Positions 38,769 to 47,422 of a stretch of DNA of 64,000 bases are shown piece by piece. The stretch comes from Thermoplasmatota archaeon. Its GTDB lineage: Archaea > Thermoplasmatota > E2 > JACPAO01 > JAHFTW01. A model generated the notes under the pieces. That model was given only the letters and a program-made list of their open reading frames with translations. It was not told where the DNA came from and did not search any database. Position 1 is the first letter of the stretch. Each line of letters starts with the position of its first letter. The translations under genes and the position numbers were made by a program. The stretch spans positions 32,001-96,000 of the forward strand of contig JBFIHX010000003.1 in assembly GCA_041601615.1 (NCBI GenBank), written 5' to 3'.

Positions 38769-38899
38769 GGGGTCCGATTTTCGAGGGAGTCCATAACTGT
38801 TGGCGTGGGAAGCTGTAAATGATTTAGCACAAACAACGGGTGGGGCTTAGCGGCCGGCAAGTTCGCCACGCCGTGGGCAGGTGGCGCATCACGGGTGCC

Positions 38900-39520
38900 T
38901 TACAGCAGGTACACGGCGACCATGATGAAGTGCGCAAGACTTCCCATGATCACGAACAAATGCCACAGATGGTGGGTGTGGACAATCCAGATGCGGTGGT
39001 CCAAGACGTAGAACACGGCGCCTCCGGTGTAGATGACGCCGCCGGCGATGAGCCAACCTTGCGCCGGGCCCGAAAGCGCTCCAAATAGGACAGGGGCCAC
39101 GAATATGGCAGCCCATCCAAGTGCGATGTAGCCGACGGGGTGCAGCCATTCGGGCCCAAGCGGCACGGTGATTGCCAGTACAATGCCGGTGATACTGATG
39201 ATGCCGATTGCGACCAGGAACCAGAAACCCCAGGCAGGGGGAAGCACCAGGAGGCAAATCGGGGTGTAGGTTCCGGCAATCAGGAGGTAGATGGCGACGT
39301 GGTCCATGCGCTCCAGCCAGCCGTGGTTTGCCTCTCTACCGCTCACACCATGGTAGACGCTGCTCATGGTGTACAGCGAGATGAGTCCGAAGCCATAGAC
39401 GCTCGCGGCGACGTATTCGCGGGGCGTGTCCGCAAGCCACAGGAGGAGAATGGTGCCGACGATGGACAAGCCGCCGCCGACCATGTGGCTGATGCTGTTG
39501 AATGGTTCTTTGAGTCCCAT
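38900..39520 (-). CDS. Hemolysin III / PAQR family membrane protein
   Basis: EPFNSISH, SSVYH, DHVAIYLLIAGTYTP, HHLWHLFV. Confidence 0.92.
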   Translation of the reverse strand: MGLKEPFNSISHMVGGGLSIVGTILLLWLADTPREYVAASVYGFGLISLYTMSSVYHGVSGREANHGWLERMDHVAIYLLIAGTYTPICLLVLPPAWGFWFLVAIGIISITGIVLAITVPLGPEWLHPVGYIALGWAAIFVAPVLFGALSGPAQGWLIAGGVIYTGGAVFYVLDHRIWIVHTHHLWHLFVIMGSLAHFIMVAVYLL

Positions 39521-39531
39521 ATTCGGCTCAG

Positions 39532-39576
39532 TTAGTACGGCCTCTTCGGTTTGCCAGCACCCGCGTCAAAATTCCA
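39532..39576 (-). repeat. Second copy of the thyX 3' end (WNFDAGAGKPKRPY*)
   Basis: 25 bp identical (39534-39558 vs 39668-39692) with similarity extending to WKGFDAAAGKPKRPY*; offset 134 bp. Confidence 0.85.
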
Positions 39577-39665
39577 TCCACACCCGGGGGCGCTGCCCCC
39601 AGGGAATCCCCCGGGCGCGGCGCTCGCTGTGCTCGGCCCCGCTGTTCGACCGATGCGGTGCATCA

Positions 39666-41387
39666 TCAGTACGGCCTCTTCGGTTTGCCAGCGGCGGCAT
39701 CGAACCCTTTCCAAACTTTGACCCCGCACCATCGTGGTCCCTCGGGGCAGCAAGCGGCCACGTTGTCTTGCATCTCGGGGGGCTGGGCGGCGGCTACGAA
39801 GCTACACGGAGGCCCAAGCCAGCGCGTCAACTCAGGGTGGACCGCTTGGACTTGGCGCAGTTCGTCGAGTGCGGCGTCGAAGATCTCCTTCTGGGCGTTG
39901 AAGCAGAGGCGCAGGCGCCATTTGTGGATCCAGCTGAGCAAGTCGCCGCTTTGGGTGTAGTAGATGTTGGTGGCGTTGGGCAGCAGATACGCGGCGTCTT
40001 CGCGGGGGATGCCGAGTGCAATCAGTTTGTGCATGGCTTCCCAAAGGGTCGCAACCGTGTCGTCGTAGGTGGCCAGGGCGTCTTCGTCGCCCGTGATGAC
40101 GCTAGGGACGTACACGTCGGGCGCCTCACTGATGCAGCGGTGCAGCAGCGGGCGGGTGCCAGGCGTCATGCGGTGGCGTTGGTCTTGGGCGTAGGCTGTC
40201 AGACTCTGGCGTTTGTGGAATGTGTAGTGGACGTGGCGCAGGCAGCGCAGCACGGGGCTGTGGTCCCAGGTGTTGAGGGTGTCGTTCCAGACGCGGTTGG
40301 CGGCGGGGTCGAGCACGGCCGGCAGAATCTCGTTGTCGGGGAGGCCGGAGCCCGTGACTTCGCGAATGGCGTCGGAGACTAGGTTTGCCGCGTGGGGTGT
40401 AGCGTGCAGGAGCTTGCTGGTGCGGCCTTCGAGGTCCATGGTGGGGCGCACCGGTTCGTTGGTGCTGAGGCTCCATTCCACGAGGTCGTCACGCGCGTGG
40501 GGCGCTTCGTCGAGGGCGTCCATGAACTTGGGGTCCACGGCGTGTACTGCTTCGACCATGGCGTCCACCACGGCGCGGGCCTCGGCGCTTGCGTTTTGGG
40601 CGTTGGCCATGCGCACGTAGCGCATCAAGACGATGCCGCTGATCGTGTGGTAGAGCTTCGTGGTGGCCGCCACCGGCACGACGTACCGCGCCATTTCCTG
40701 CGCCTTCTTTTCGGCCTCCGTTGTGATTTGCTTGGCGCTTTGACCTTTGATGCGGCCGATGGCACCCATCACATTCTCGTTCGGAACCACCAGACGTTCT
40801 CGAAGGTCGTGGTAGCCATCCCAAGCAGCGCCGACGGCGTGCTCGTACACGGCGCGGGCAGTGGGGTCTGCGGCGACGGTGGCGGGGACGTGCACCTCCG
40901 CGTGCTTCATCTCGACGTAGCGCTGGCTTTGCTGCTCGGAGTTGTAGAAGGTGTGCTGGTGCAGGAACGACTCCACGACGTTGCGGCTGACTCCTTCGAG
41001 CGCGAACACAAACGTCGGGTGCTGAAACGGCGTGTGGTGGCCGGCTTCGTAGATGCTGCGGGCGATGCGTTCGTCGTTGGGAGCTCGCTGGCGAGCAAGG
41101 TCCGCGAATACGGCGAGGGCGTTGCGGGTCTCGTCGTCGGGTGCCGAGGTAGAGACCGCGTCGACGAGTTCGATGCGGCGCTCATGGGGGGTGCCGGGGT
41201 CGCCTATCTCGTCCAATTGCGCCTGCCACCGAGGGAGCGCTTCCAGGAGCGTCGTGCGGGTACGCTCTCCTTTGGGCGTCAACTGGTGCACGAACACAAA
41301 GTCGGCGGCATAGCAAGTCCGAGCACTTGCCACGGCCAAACCGTATGGATCGTGGGTGTAGGCCACCAGGGAAACGGAAGGCTCCAT
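39666..41387 (-). CDS. thyX: FAD-dependent thymidylate synthase, two-domain ThyX/Thy1 type
   Basis: ARTCY, GHHTPFQH, EQQSQRY, ARYVVP; second unit QDQRHR, YLLPNA, RLCFNAQKEI. Confidence 0.8.
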   Translation of the reverse strand: MEPSVSLVAYTHDPYGLAVASARTCYAADFVFVHQLTPKGERTRTTLLEALPRWQAQLDEIGDPGTPHERRIELVDAVSTSAPDDETRNALAVFADLARQRAPNDERIARSIYEAGHHTPFQHPTFVFALEGVSRNVVESFLHQHTFYNSEQQSQRYVEMKHAEVHVPATVAADPTARAVYEHAVGAAWDGYHDLRERLVVPNENVMGAIGRIKGQSAKQITTEAEKKAQEMARYVVPVAATTKLYHTISGIVLMRYVRMANAQNASAEARAVVDAMVEAVHAVDPKFMDALDEAPHARDDLVEWSLSTNEPVRPTMDLEGRTSKLLHATPHAANLVSDAIREVTGSGLPDNEILPAVLDPAANRVWNDTLNTWDHSPVLRCLRHVHYTFHKRQSLTAYAQDQRHRMTPGTRPLLHRCISEAPDVYVPSVITGDEDALATYDDTVATLWEAMHKLIALGIPREDAAYLLPNATNIYYTQSGDLLSWIHKWRLRLCFNAQKEIFDAALDELRQVQAVHPELTRWLGPPCSFVAAAQPPEMQDNVAACCPEGPRWCGVKVWKGFDAAAGKPKRPY

Positions 41388-41526
41388 GGCCTGGACCGGA
41401 CGGCCCCCATCCTGTACCGCCTGCATCGAGTTGCCCGAGACCGGCGGGCGGTTTCAAGGCTTGGCTTGCGCACCCCGTGAGAACTTCAAGTGCAGACGTG
41501 TAGGCTCCGGCGCACCCATGGCGTGT

Positions 41527-41808
41527 TTACCCGACTCGAACGCCACGCCAGAACGCAATATGCCCTCGGATGGAGTTCGCTTCCGGCTTGGTTTCCGGGT
41601 ACGTCCACGCCGCGTCCTTCTCGACTTTGCCGTTCACGACCACGTCAAAATAGGACGCTACTCCCTTCCATGGGCACGTGGTTTGGGTGCTGCTTGGGCG
41701 CAGCAAGGCGGCATCCACGTCCGACTTGGGAAAATAGTGGTTGCCTTCCACCATCACCGTCTTCTTGCTGGTCGCCACCGCTGTGCCGTTCCAAATTGCT
41801 TGCACCAT
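41527..41808 (-). CDS. DUF427 domain protein
   Basis: VEGNHYFP, CPWKGVASY, AAWTYPE, GHIAFW. Confidence 0.9.
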   Translation of the reverse strand: MVQAIWNGTAVATSKKTVMVEGNHYFPKSDVDAALLRPSSTQTTCPWKGVASYFDVVVNGKVEKDAAWTYPETKPEANSIRGHIAFWRGVRVG

Positions 41809-42040
41809 GGGGGGCACTGGGTGCCGGCCACTGGAGACACTGGCGGTTCGAGCCACACGCTGCAAGTTGGTCCACAAAGCGAAAACAACCCAGAAACCAC
41901 CACTTTACTCTGGTGCGCCGGCGCCCTGTGTGGGTGCGCTCCCGGCTGCCCCCTCGGCTGCATCGTTCGCAATCATCCCTAGAAAGAACCAACTGCAAAT
42001 CAGCAATTGCGGTCCTGGAACCTCGGTTCCTGTGATCCAC

Positions 42041-42298
42041 ATGAAAACAACACTCCCCCTGCTGCTCCTTGCAGCTATGATGTTTGCACCCGTCGCCATG
42101 GCGGACGACGAAGGCAGCGGCGATTGCACCGGGGACGGGCTGGTTCCCGGCATTCGATGCATCACCATCGAAGCCCGGGACCACTGTACCGGAGGCGTCA
42201 TCTTGAGCCAATGCTACGGGTACACAATCGGGGATGCAATCGAGTTTACCTACTACAGCTGCGAAATCGTGTTCGGCGCCGGCAGCTGCCCCGTCTAA
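42041..42298 (+). CDS. Small secreted 6-Cys peptide D
   Basis: Signal peptide MKTTLPLLLL...AMA; six Cys. Confidence 0.7.
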   Translation: MKTTLPLLLLAAMMFAPVAMADDEGSGDCTGDGLVPGIRCITIEARDHCTGGVILSQCYGYTIGDAIEFTYYSCEIVFGAGSCPV

Positions 42299-42397
42299 AC
42301 AAGCACAACGCCCACAGGACTGCATTTTGCAGCAGCCCTTCCTCCTTCCCCGCTTGTCCCCAATGAAATTCAAATCCTCCTCAGTGGATGCTTCCAC

Positions 42398-42634
42398 ATG
42401 CGAATCGTCGTCGCCCTGATGCTGCTCGTTCCCACCCTCGTGGCGGTCCCCTCGGTGCAGGCCAGTTGTGAAGGCCAAGTCGAAGACACCATTTGCCTCT
42501 ACGGAGCGCTGCAAAACAACCCATGCCAGGCCATCAACGTGTTTTGCCAAACCGCACGACTGCAATCCATCCTCGGCGGCTACATGGAACGCACCTGCGT
42601 GCGCGTCCTCGGCCCATCCTTCTGCTACCTCTAG
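42398..42634 (+). CDS. Small secreted 6-Cys peptide E
   Basis: Signal peptide MRIVVALMLL...VQA; six Cys. Confidence 0.7.
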   Translation: MRIVVALMLLVPTLVAVPSVQASCEGQVEDTICLYGALQNNPCQAINVFCQTARLQSILGGYMERTCVRVLGPSFCYL

Positions 42635-42784
42635 GCCACAGCTTTCCGCGCAACGCCGAACACGACGCGCCGACAGCAGAAATCGGCAATCACGCAACTT
42701 GCGCCGATCTCGCCCCAACCACGGGCCCATCGCCGCAACCTTTCCCCACTGACTCCCGCCCTCCTTCTTTTATACAACGCCATC

Positions 42785-43216
42785 GTGGAATCCTTTGTGG
42801 CAGACGAACAGGCGGACAAGCTCGCAGACCGCGAGATCGAGGCGGCCGAACCGACGGTCGGGGGCAAGGCGATGCGCGCAGCGGACCGCAACGCACGCAA
42901 CCTGAACCCCGACGACGAAGGCCCCATCCGATACCGCCTCCCGGACCCCAAGAACCGTGAACTGTTCGCCATCGCAGACCAGTTGCTGGGAGCAAGCAAG
43001 CTTATTGTCATGTGCGAAGACGGCAAGAGCCGCATGGCCCGGATCCCGGGAAAGATGAAGCGCCGCCAGTGGATCAAACCCGGCGACCTTGTCATCATCC
43101 GCCCATGGGACATCTCGGACGACAAGGCGGACGTCAAACACCGCTACCTGCGCATCCAGTCCCAGCACCTGTCTCGCCGCGGCCTCATCCCGGCGTTGCT
43201 GGACCATGGATTCTGA
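42785..43216 (+). CDS. eif1a: Translation initiation factor aIF-1A
   Basis: RLP...LLGA...CEDGKSRMARIPGKMKRRQWIKPGDLVIIRPWD...KADV..RY. Confidence 0.93.
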   Translation: MESFVADEQADKLADREIEAAEPTVGGKAMRAADRNARNLNPDDEGPIRYRLPDPKNRELFAIADQLLGASKLIVMCEDGKSRMARIPGKMKRRQWIKPGDLVIIRPWDISDDKADVKHRYLRIQSQHLSRRGLIPALLDHGF

Positions 43217-44153
43217 GTCGGTGACCGAGCAAGACGGCCCTCTACTGGACCTGTCCGACCTGGGGCTAGACTCCGAACCAGAAGCCGAACCCGGCGCCCC
43301 CTCCGATTCCGACCCAAGCGTTCCCGACTTTGACCTCGTGGACACCGACGACAAAGTCGCAAGCAACGACGAATGGGCCTACCAACAAGCGGACCGCATG
43401 ACCGCATCCCTGCCACAACGGGAAGGCGTGAACCGCCGCACCGAGGGTGAGGTGTTTGACCACCAGACCCTCATGACGCTGCACAAATTGCTGAGCCACG
43501 GCACACTGCGCAGCCTCGATTTTCCCATCAGCACCGGCAAGGAAGCCAATGTCTTTCGAGGCACGACGCCCACCGGCGGACACGTTGCTGTGAAGATCTA
43601 CCGCATCAACACGGCGACCTTCAAGCACGTCCTGAAGTACATCCAAGGCGACGAACGTTTCGAGGGCGTCACAGGCGACAAGAAGGCGCTCGTGTTTGCC
43701 TGGGCCCAGAAAGAGTTCCGCAATCTCCACCGGCTGCGCGACGCTGGCATCCGTGTCCCTGAGCCCATCAAAGTGCTCAACAACGTCCTCGTGACGGAAT
43801 TCCTAGGCGCCGACGGCAAAGCCTGGCCCAAACTCAAGGACCTCGGCCGCATCGAGCGCGCCCAGGCAACCAAGTTCTGGGAATCCATCCGCGACGACTA
43901 CGTCAACGCCTACAACAAGGCCAAGCTCGTCCACGCGGATCTAAGCGAATACAACATCCTCGTCGAAAACTTCGAGGACCCCAAAAAGGCCCGCCTGCGC
44001 ATCATCGACGTGGGCCAAGCCGTCCTCAAAAACCACCCCATGGCATGGGAGTTTTTGGCCCGTGACGCCAAGAACCTAACCTCCTTCTTCAAGCGCCACC
44101 GCGTGCGCTGCACCCCGGAAGACCTCACCAATTTGTTGGAGCACCCAGCATGA
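43206..44153 (+). CDS. rio1: RIO1-type serine/threonine kinase
   Basis: STGKEANVF, AVKIYR, WAQKEFRNL, LVHADLSEYNIL, IDVGQAV. Confidence 0.93.
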   Translation: MDSESVTEQDGPLLDLSDLGLDSEPEAEPGAPSDSDPSVPDFDLVDTDDKVASNDEWAYQQADRMTASLPQREGVNRRTEGEVFDHQTLMTLHKLLSHGTLRSLDFPISTGKEANVFRGTTPTGGHVAVKIYRINTATFKHVLKYIQGDERFEGVTGDKKALVFAWAQKEFRNLHRLRDAGIRVPEPIKVLNNVLVTEFLGADGKAWPKLKDLGRIERAQATKFWESIRDDYVNAYNKAKLVHADLSEYNILVENFEDPKKARLRIIDVGQAVLKNHPMAWEFLARDAKNLTSFFKRHRVRCTPEDLTNLLEHPA

Positions 44154-44695
44154 TCTACGTCCGCATCCCCAAGGACCGCATCGCCGTCGTCATCGGCGAG
44201 AAGGGCCAGACCAAGAAGCAACTGGAGCGCCGAGGCGGCATGAAACTCAGCGTGGACACGGACCAAAACGAGGTCACCATCCACGACGAGAAGGCCGGCG
44301 TCGACCCGCTCCTGGTGCTCAAAATGAAGGACATCATCAAAGCGATGGGACGCGGCTTCAGCCCCGAGCACGCCATGCGGCTCTTCAGCGACGACTTGTT
44401 CTTCGAGCTTCTAGACATCTACGACTTCGTGGGCAAGCACAAAAACCACGTGCGCCGCGTCGTCGCCCGCATCATCGGCAGCGACGGCAAAACCCGCCGC
44501 ATCGTCGAAGAACAAACCGGCTGCGACATCGCGATTTACGGCCATACGGTCGGCATCATCGGCCCCCTGGAATTCATCGGCGACGCCAAGCAAGCCTTGG
44601 AAATGCTGCTGCGCGGCGCCGAACACGCAAGCGTCTACCGCTTCCTGGAAAAGAAGCGCCGCGACCAGCGCAAATCGATGCAGAACGTCTGGTAA
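44150..44695 (+). CDS. KH-domain rRNA processing protein (Dim2/Pno1-like)
   Basis: IPKDRIAVVIG, AMGRGFSPE, RIIGSDGKTR, GAEHASVY. Confidence 0.92.
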   Translation: MIYVRIPKDRIAVVIGEKGQTKKQLERRGGMKLSVDTDQNEVTIHDEKAGVDPLLVLKMKDIIKAMGRGFSPEHAMRLFSDDLFFELLDIYDFVGKHKNHVRRVVARIIGSDGKTRRIVEEQTGCDIAIYGHTVGIIGPLEFIGDAKQALEMLLRGAEHASVYRFLEKKRRDQRKSMQNVW

Positions 44696-44787
44696 GCCCG
44701 GCCCTAGCCGGGGCCTGCAAACCTAGCCCTGCGCCTCGCCTCCAGTTGCATAGGTGTCGCTTTTTAGGTGGCCTTGGCGTCGACCGC

Positions 44788-45768
44788 ATGATGCAGGAGT
44801 CCACGACGGAACCCACTGCGCCCGCGACTGAGTCGACGGCCGAGCAACCCGCACCCCCCGTCACCGCCAGCGACTACATGGCCGCTGCTGCCTTGATGCT
44901 CGCATTCGTGGTCACCCAGGTGCTCGCGGTTCTGTTTGCGCAGCCCTTCGTGGATGCCAAACTGCAAGCGTTCGAGAACCCCGACGACGCAAGCAACTCG
45001 GTCTGGTACATCCTGCTCTTGCTTGCGTTCACGTTCCTCATCCTGTGGATTGCCAAGAAGGGCAAGAAGTGGCTGATCCAAGTCATCATCCTCACCGCCG
45101 TCGGCGCCACCGTCGCCTATGTGGTCGCACCCATGCTCATGTGGTACGGGGTCGGCACCGGCCTCGCGTGGGGCGCCGGTGCGGTGCTCGCGGCGGGTGC
45201 TACCTTGTGGCTTTTCCTGAAGCCAGAGTGGTACGTCATCGACTTCGTCGGCATCCTCGTAGCTGCCGGCGCCGCGGCCATCTTCGGCATAAGCCTCGGC
45301 CTCGTGCCCGTCATCGTGCTCCTCGTGGGACTCGCCATCTACGACGCCATCGCCGTGTACAAGACCAAGCACATGCTGAGCCTTGCCGACTCCGTCATCG
45401 AACTGCGCCTCCCGGTGCTGCTCGTCGTGCCCAAACACCGCGGCTATTCGTTCCTCAAAGAAGCCGCCAAATTCAAAGAAGCCGGCCCCGAAAACAAAGA
45501 AGACCGCGAGGCGTTCTTCATGGGCCTCGGCGACCTCGTCATGCCCACCATCCTCGTCGTCAGCGCCCTGTTCTATCCGCCCAACGGCAGCGACGGACGA
45601 CTCGAAGCGATCGGGGCAGCGCTCGGGACACTCGTAGGTTACGGCGTGTTGATGGGCTACGTCATGAAGGGGAATCCGCAAGCAGGACTGCCGTTGTTGA
45701 ACGGTGGGGCGATTGTTGGGTTCCTTGTGGGCGTGTTTGCGGCGACGGGAAGCATCGTTTTCTGGTAG
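44788..45768 (+). CDS. Presenilin-family intramembrane aspartyl protease (PSH)
   Basis: AIYDAIAVYKTKHM, MGLGDL, QAGLPLLN; multiple TM helices. Confidence 0.9.
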   Translation: MMQESTTEPTAPATESTAEQPAPPVTASDYMAAAALMLAFVVTQVLAVLFAQPFVDAKLQAFENPDDASNSVWYILLLLAFTFLILWIAKKGKKWLIQVIILTAVGATVAYVVAPMLMWYGVGTGLAWGAGAVLAAGATLWLFLKPEWYVIDFVGILVAAGAAAIFGISLGLVPVIVLLVGLAIYDAIAVYKTKHMLSLADSVIELRLPVLLVVPKHRGYSFLKEAAKFKEAGPENKEDREAFFMGLGDLVMPTILVVSALFYPPNGSDGRLEAIGAALGTLVGYGVLMGYVMKGNPQAGLPLLNGGAIVGFLVGVFAATGSIVFW

Positions 45769-45811
45769 CTAGGAGAATTTTAGATACGCTGTCATTATCT
45801 ATGGACACAGA

Positions 45812-46693
45812 ATGGACGAAGAGGACACCAACGAACACCGCGTCAAATACGCGGTGAAAACGTGGAATGAACATCTAATCTCCTATTGGTCCTACTTCAC
45901 GAAGGAAGGGGCAACCCTGATTTCCACATGGCTTGCGGGAATTGCGGTCACCGAATTCCTTGTTGCGCTTTCAGGAAGCCGGCCACCATGGATTGCCGTA
46001 ATAGTCCCCGTGGCAGGTGTGGGAATTTTGGCGGCGGGTTTCCGAGCATTCCAAAGGTATCGGTCGTACGTTTCCCCGGCGCTTCTGGACGAAAGCCAAA
46101 AGTCCAAAGACATTGCTTGGAACCAGCGATTTGGCTGGCAATGGAATCTGGCGCACGAACTACTAACACAACGGCTCCGGGCCAGTGACGCTGCGCTAGA
46201 TCGTCTGAGGCGTGGCTCCCAGTTCGTTGAACCTATCAAATTGCCGGCGAATGAATACTGGGGGTGGCTTATTGGACGAACTGGAAGGCTCACGCGTCTG
46301 GCCGATGCAGTCAAGGTTCAGGTAGTTACGGATCTTATGGGGTCCATTGGAAAAATTACGGATGAAGAAGGCATCGCAGATATGATGGTAGAAATAGAAT
46401 CATTAACATCGCAATACCTATTAACGGTAAAATTTGAAGAAGAATGCCATGCTATGGTCCCACCAGAAGGTTTTTCATCTGTTCATGAAGTTTCATATGC
46501 CTGGACAGACACAATACGGGATTTCATGAACGAGTTTCTTGGAGTTTGTCAGTCCCTTGCAGATATGAATCGGCGCGCACTTCGAAAAGGTCAGATTGAA
46601 CCTCCCTCGTTTACTCTGAAAATGGCAGCTCCAGCCAATATTGATGAATTTATCAGGCGACTAGAACGCATTGATCCTTCAATATTTAACTAA
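45812..46693 (+). CDS. Hypothetical protein with two N-terminal TM helices, lower GC than flanks
   Basis: 293-aa ORF with many A/T-ending codons; no recognised motif. Confidence 0.65.
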   Translation: MDEEDTNEHRVKYAVKTWNEHLISYWSYFTKEGATLISTWLAGIAVTEFLVALSGSRPPWIAVIVPVAGVGILAAGFRAFQRYRSYVSPALLDESQKSKDIAWNQRFGWQWNLAHELLTQRLRASDAALDRLRRGSQFVEPIKLPANEYWGWLIGRTGRLTRLADAVKVQVVTDLMGSIGKITDEEGIADMMVEIESLTSQYLLTVKFEEECHAMVPPEGFSSVHEVSYAWTDTIRDFMNEFLGVCQSLADMNRRALRKGQIEPPSFTLKMAAPANIDEFIRRLERIDPSIFN

Positions 46694-46777
46694 TTTATTT
46701 ATTAAATGTCATGAAGGATGCTCCGTAAATTGCTTGGTGAGTTCCCTAAGATAATCGGGACAAATTCTTTTGGATGT

Positions 46778-47422
46778 CTATGCCGATTCACACAGCCCTT
46801 CCACAACCCTCCAAACCCGATCCCCCAACCCGAACGCCTCGGGCTCGTCGTGTGTCACCCACAGCGCCGCAACACCTTGCTCCCGCAGCAGTTCCTTGAC
46901 GCGGCGGCCCAGTTCGTCGCGCAGGGTCCGGTCGAGCGCCGAAAACGGTTCGTCCAACAAAACAGCCTTCGGTTTGGCGGCAAGCGTCCGGGCCAGCGCC
47001 ACTCTTTGCCGTTGTCCGCCGCTGAGCTCGTCCACGCGGTCGCCTGCTCGGTCGGCAAGGTCTACGAGGTCCAGCCAATGGAGGGCCTCGGCGGGGCGCT
47101 CGGCGCGTGGGATGCCTCGGTAGCGGAGGCCGAAGGCGACGTTTTGGCCAACGTTGAGGTGTGGAAACAGGGCGGGTTCCTGAAACAGCATGCCGACGTG
47201 GCGTTTGTGCGTCGGTAGTTGGGTGAGGTCGGTACCGCCGAGCTGGACGGTGCCTTGGGTGGGTGCTTCGAGGCCGGCGATGATGCGCAGGAGCGTGGAT
47301 TTTCCGACTCCGCTGGGTCCGAGTAAGAATCCGGATTCGCCGGCTTGGACGGTGAGGCTGGCGCCGGCTAGAAGGGGGCGGTCGTCGTAGCGGAAGTGGA
47401 TGTCGGTGGCGGTGAGGTTCAT
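46778..47422 (-). CDS. thiQ: Thiamine ABC transporter ATP-binding protein
   Basis: GPSGVGKST, LSGGQ, LLDEPFSALD; operon context. Confidence 0.8.
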   Translation of the reverse strand: MNLTATDIHFRYDDRPLLAGASLTVQAGESGFLLGPSGVGKSTLLRIIAGLEAPTQGTVQLGGTDLTQLPTHKRHVGMLFQEPALFPHLNVGQNVAFGLRYRGIPRAERPAEALHWLDLVDLADRAGDRVDELSGGQRQRVALARTLAAKPKAVLLDEPFSALDRTLRDELGRRVKELLREQGVAALWVTHDEPEAFGLGDRVWRVVEGLCESA

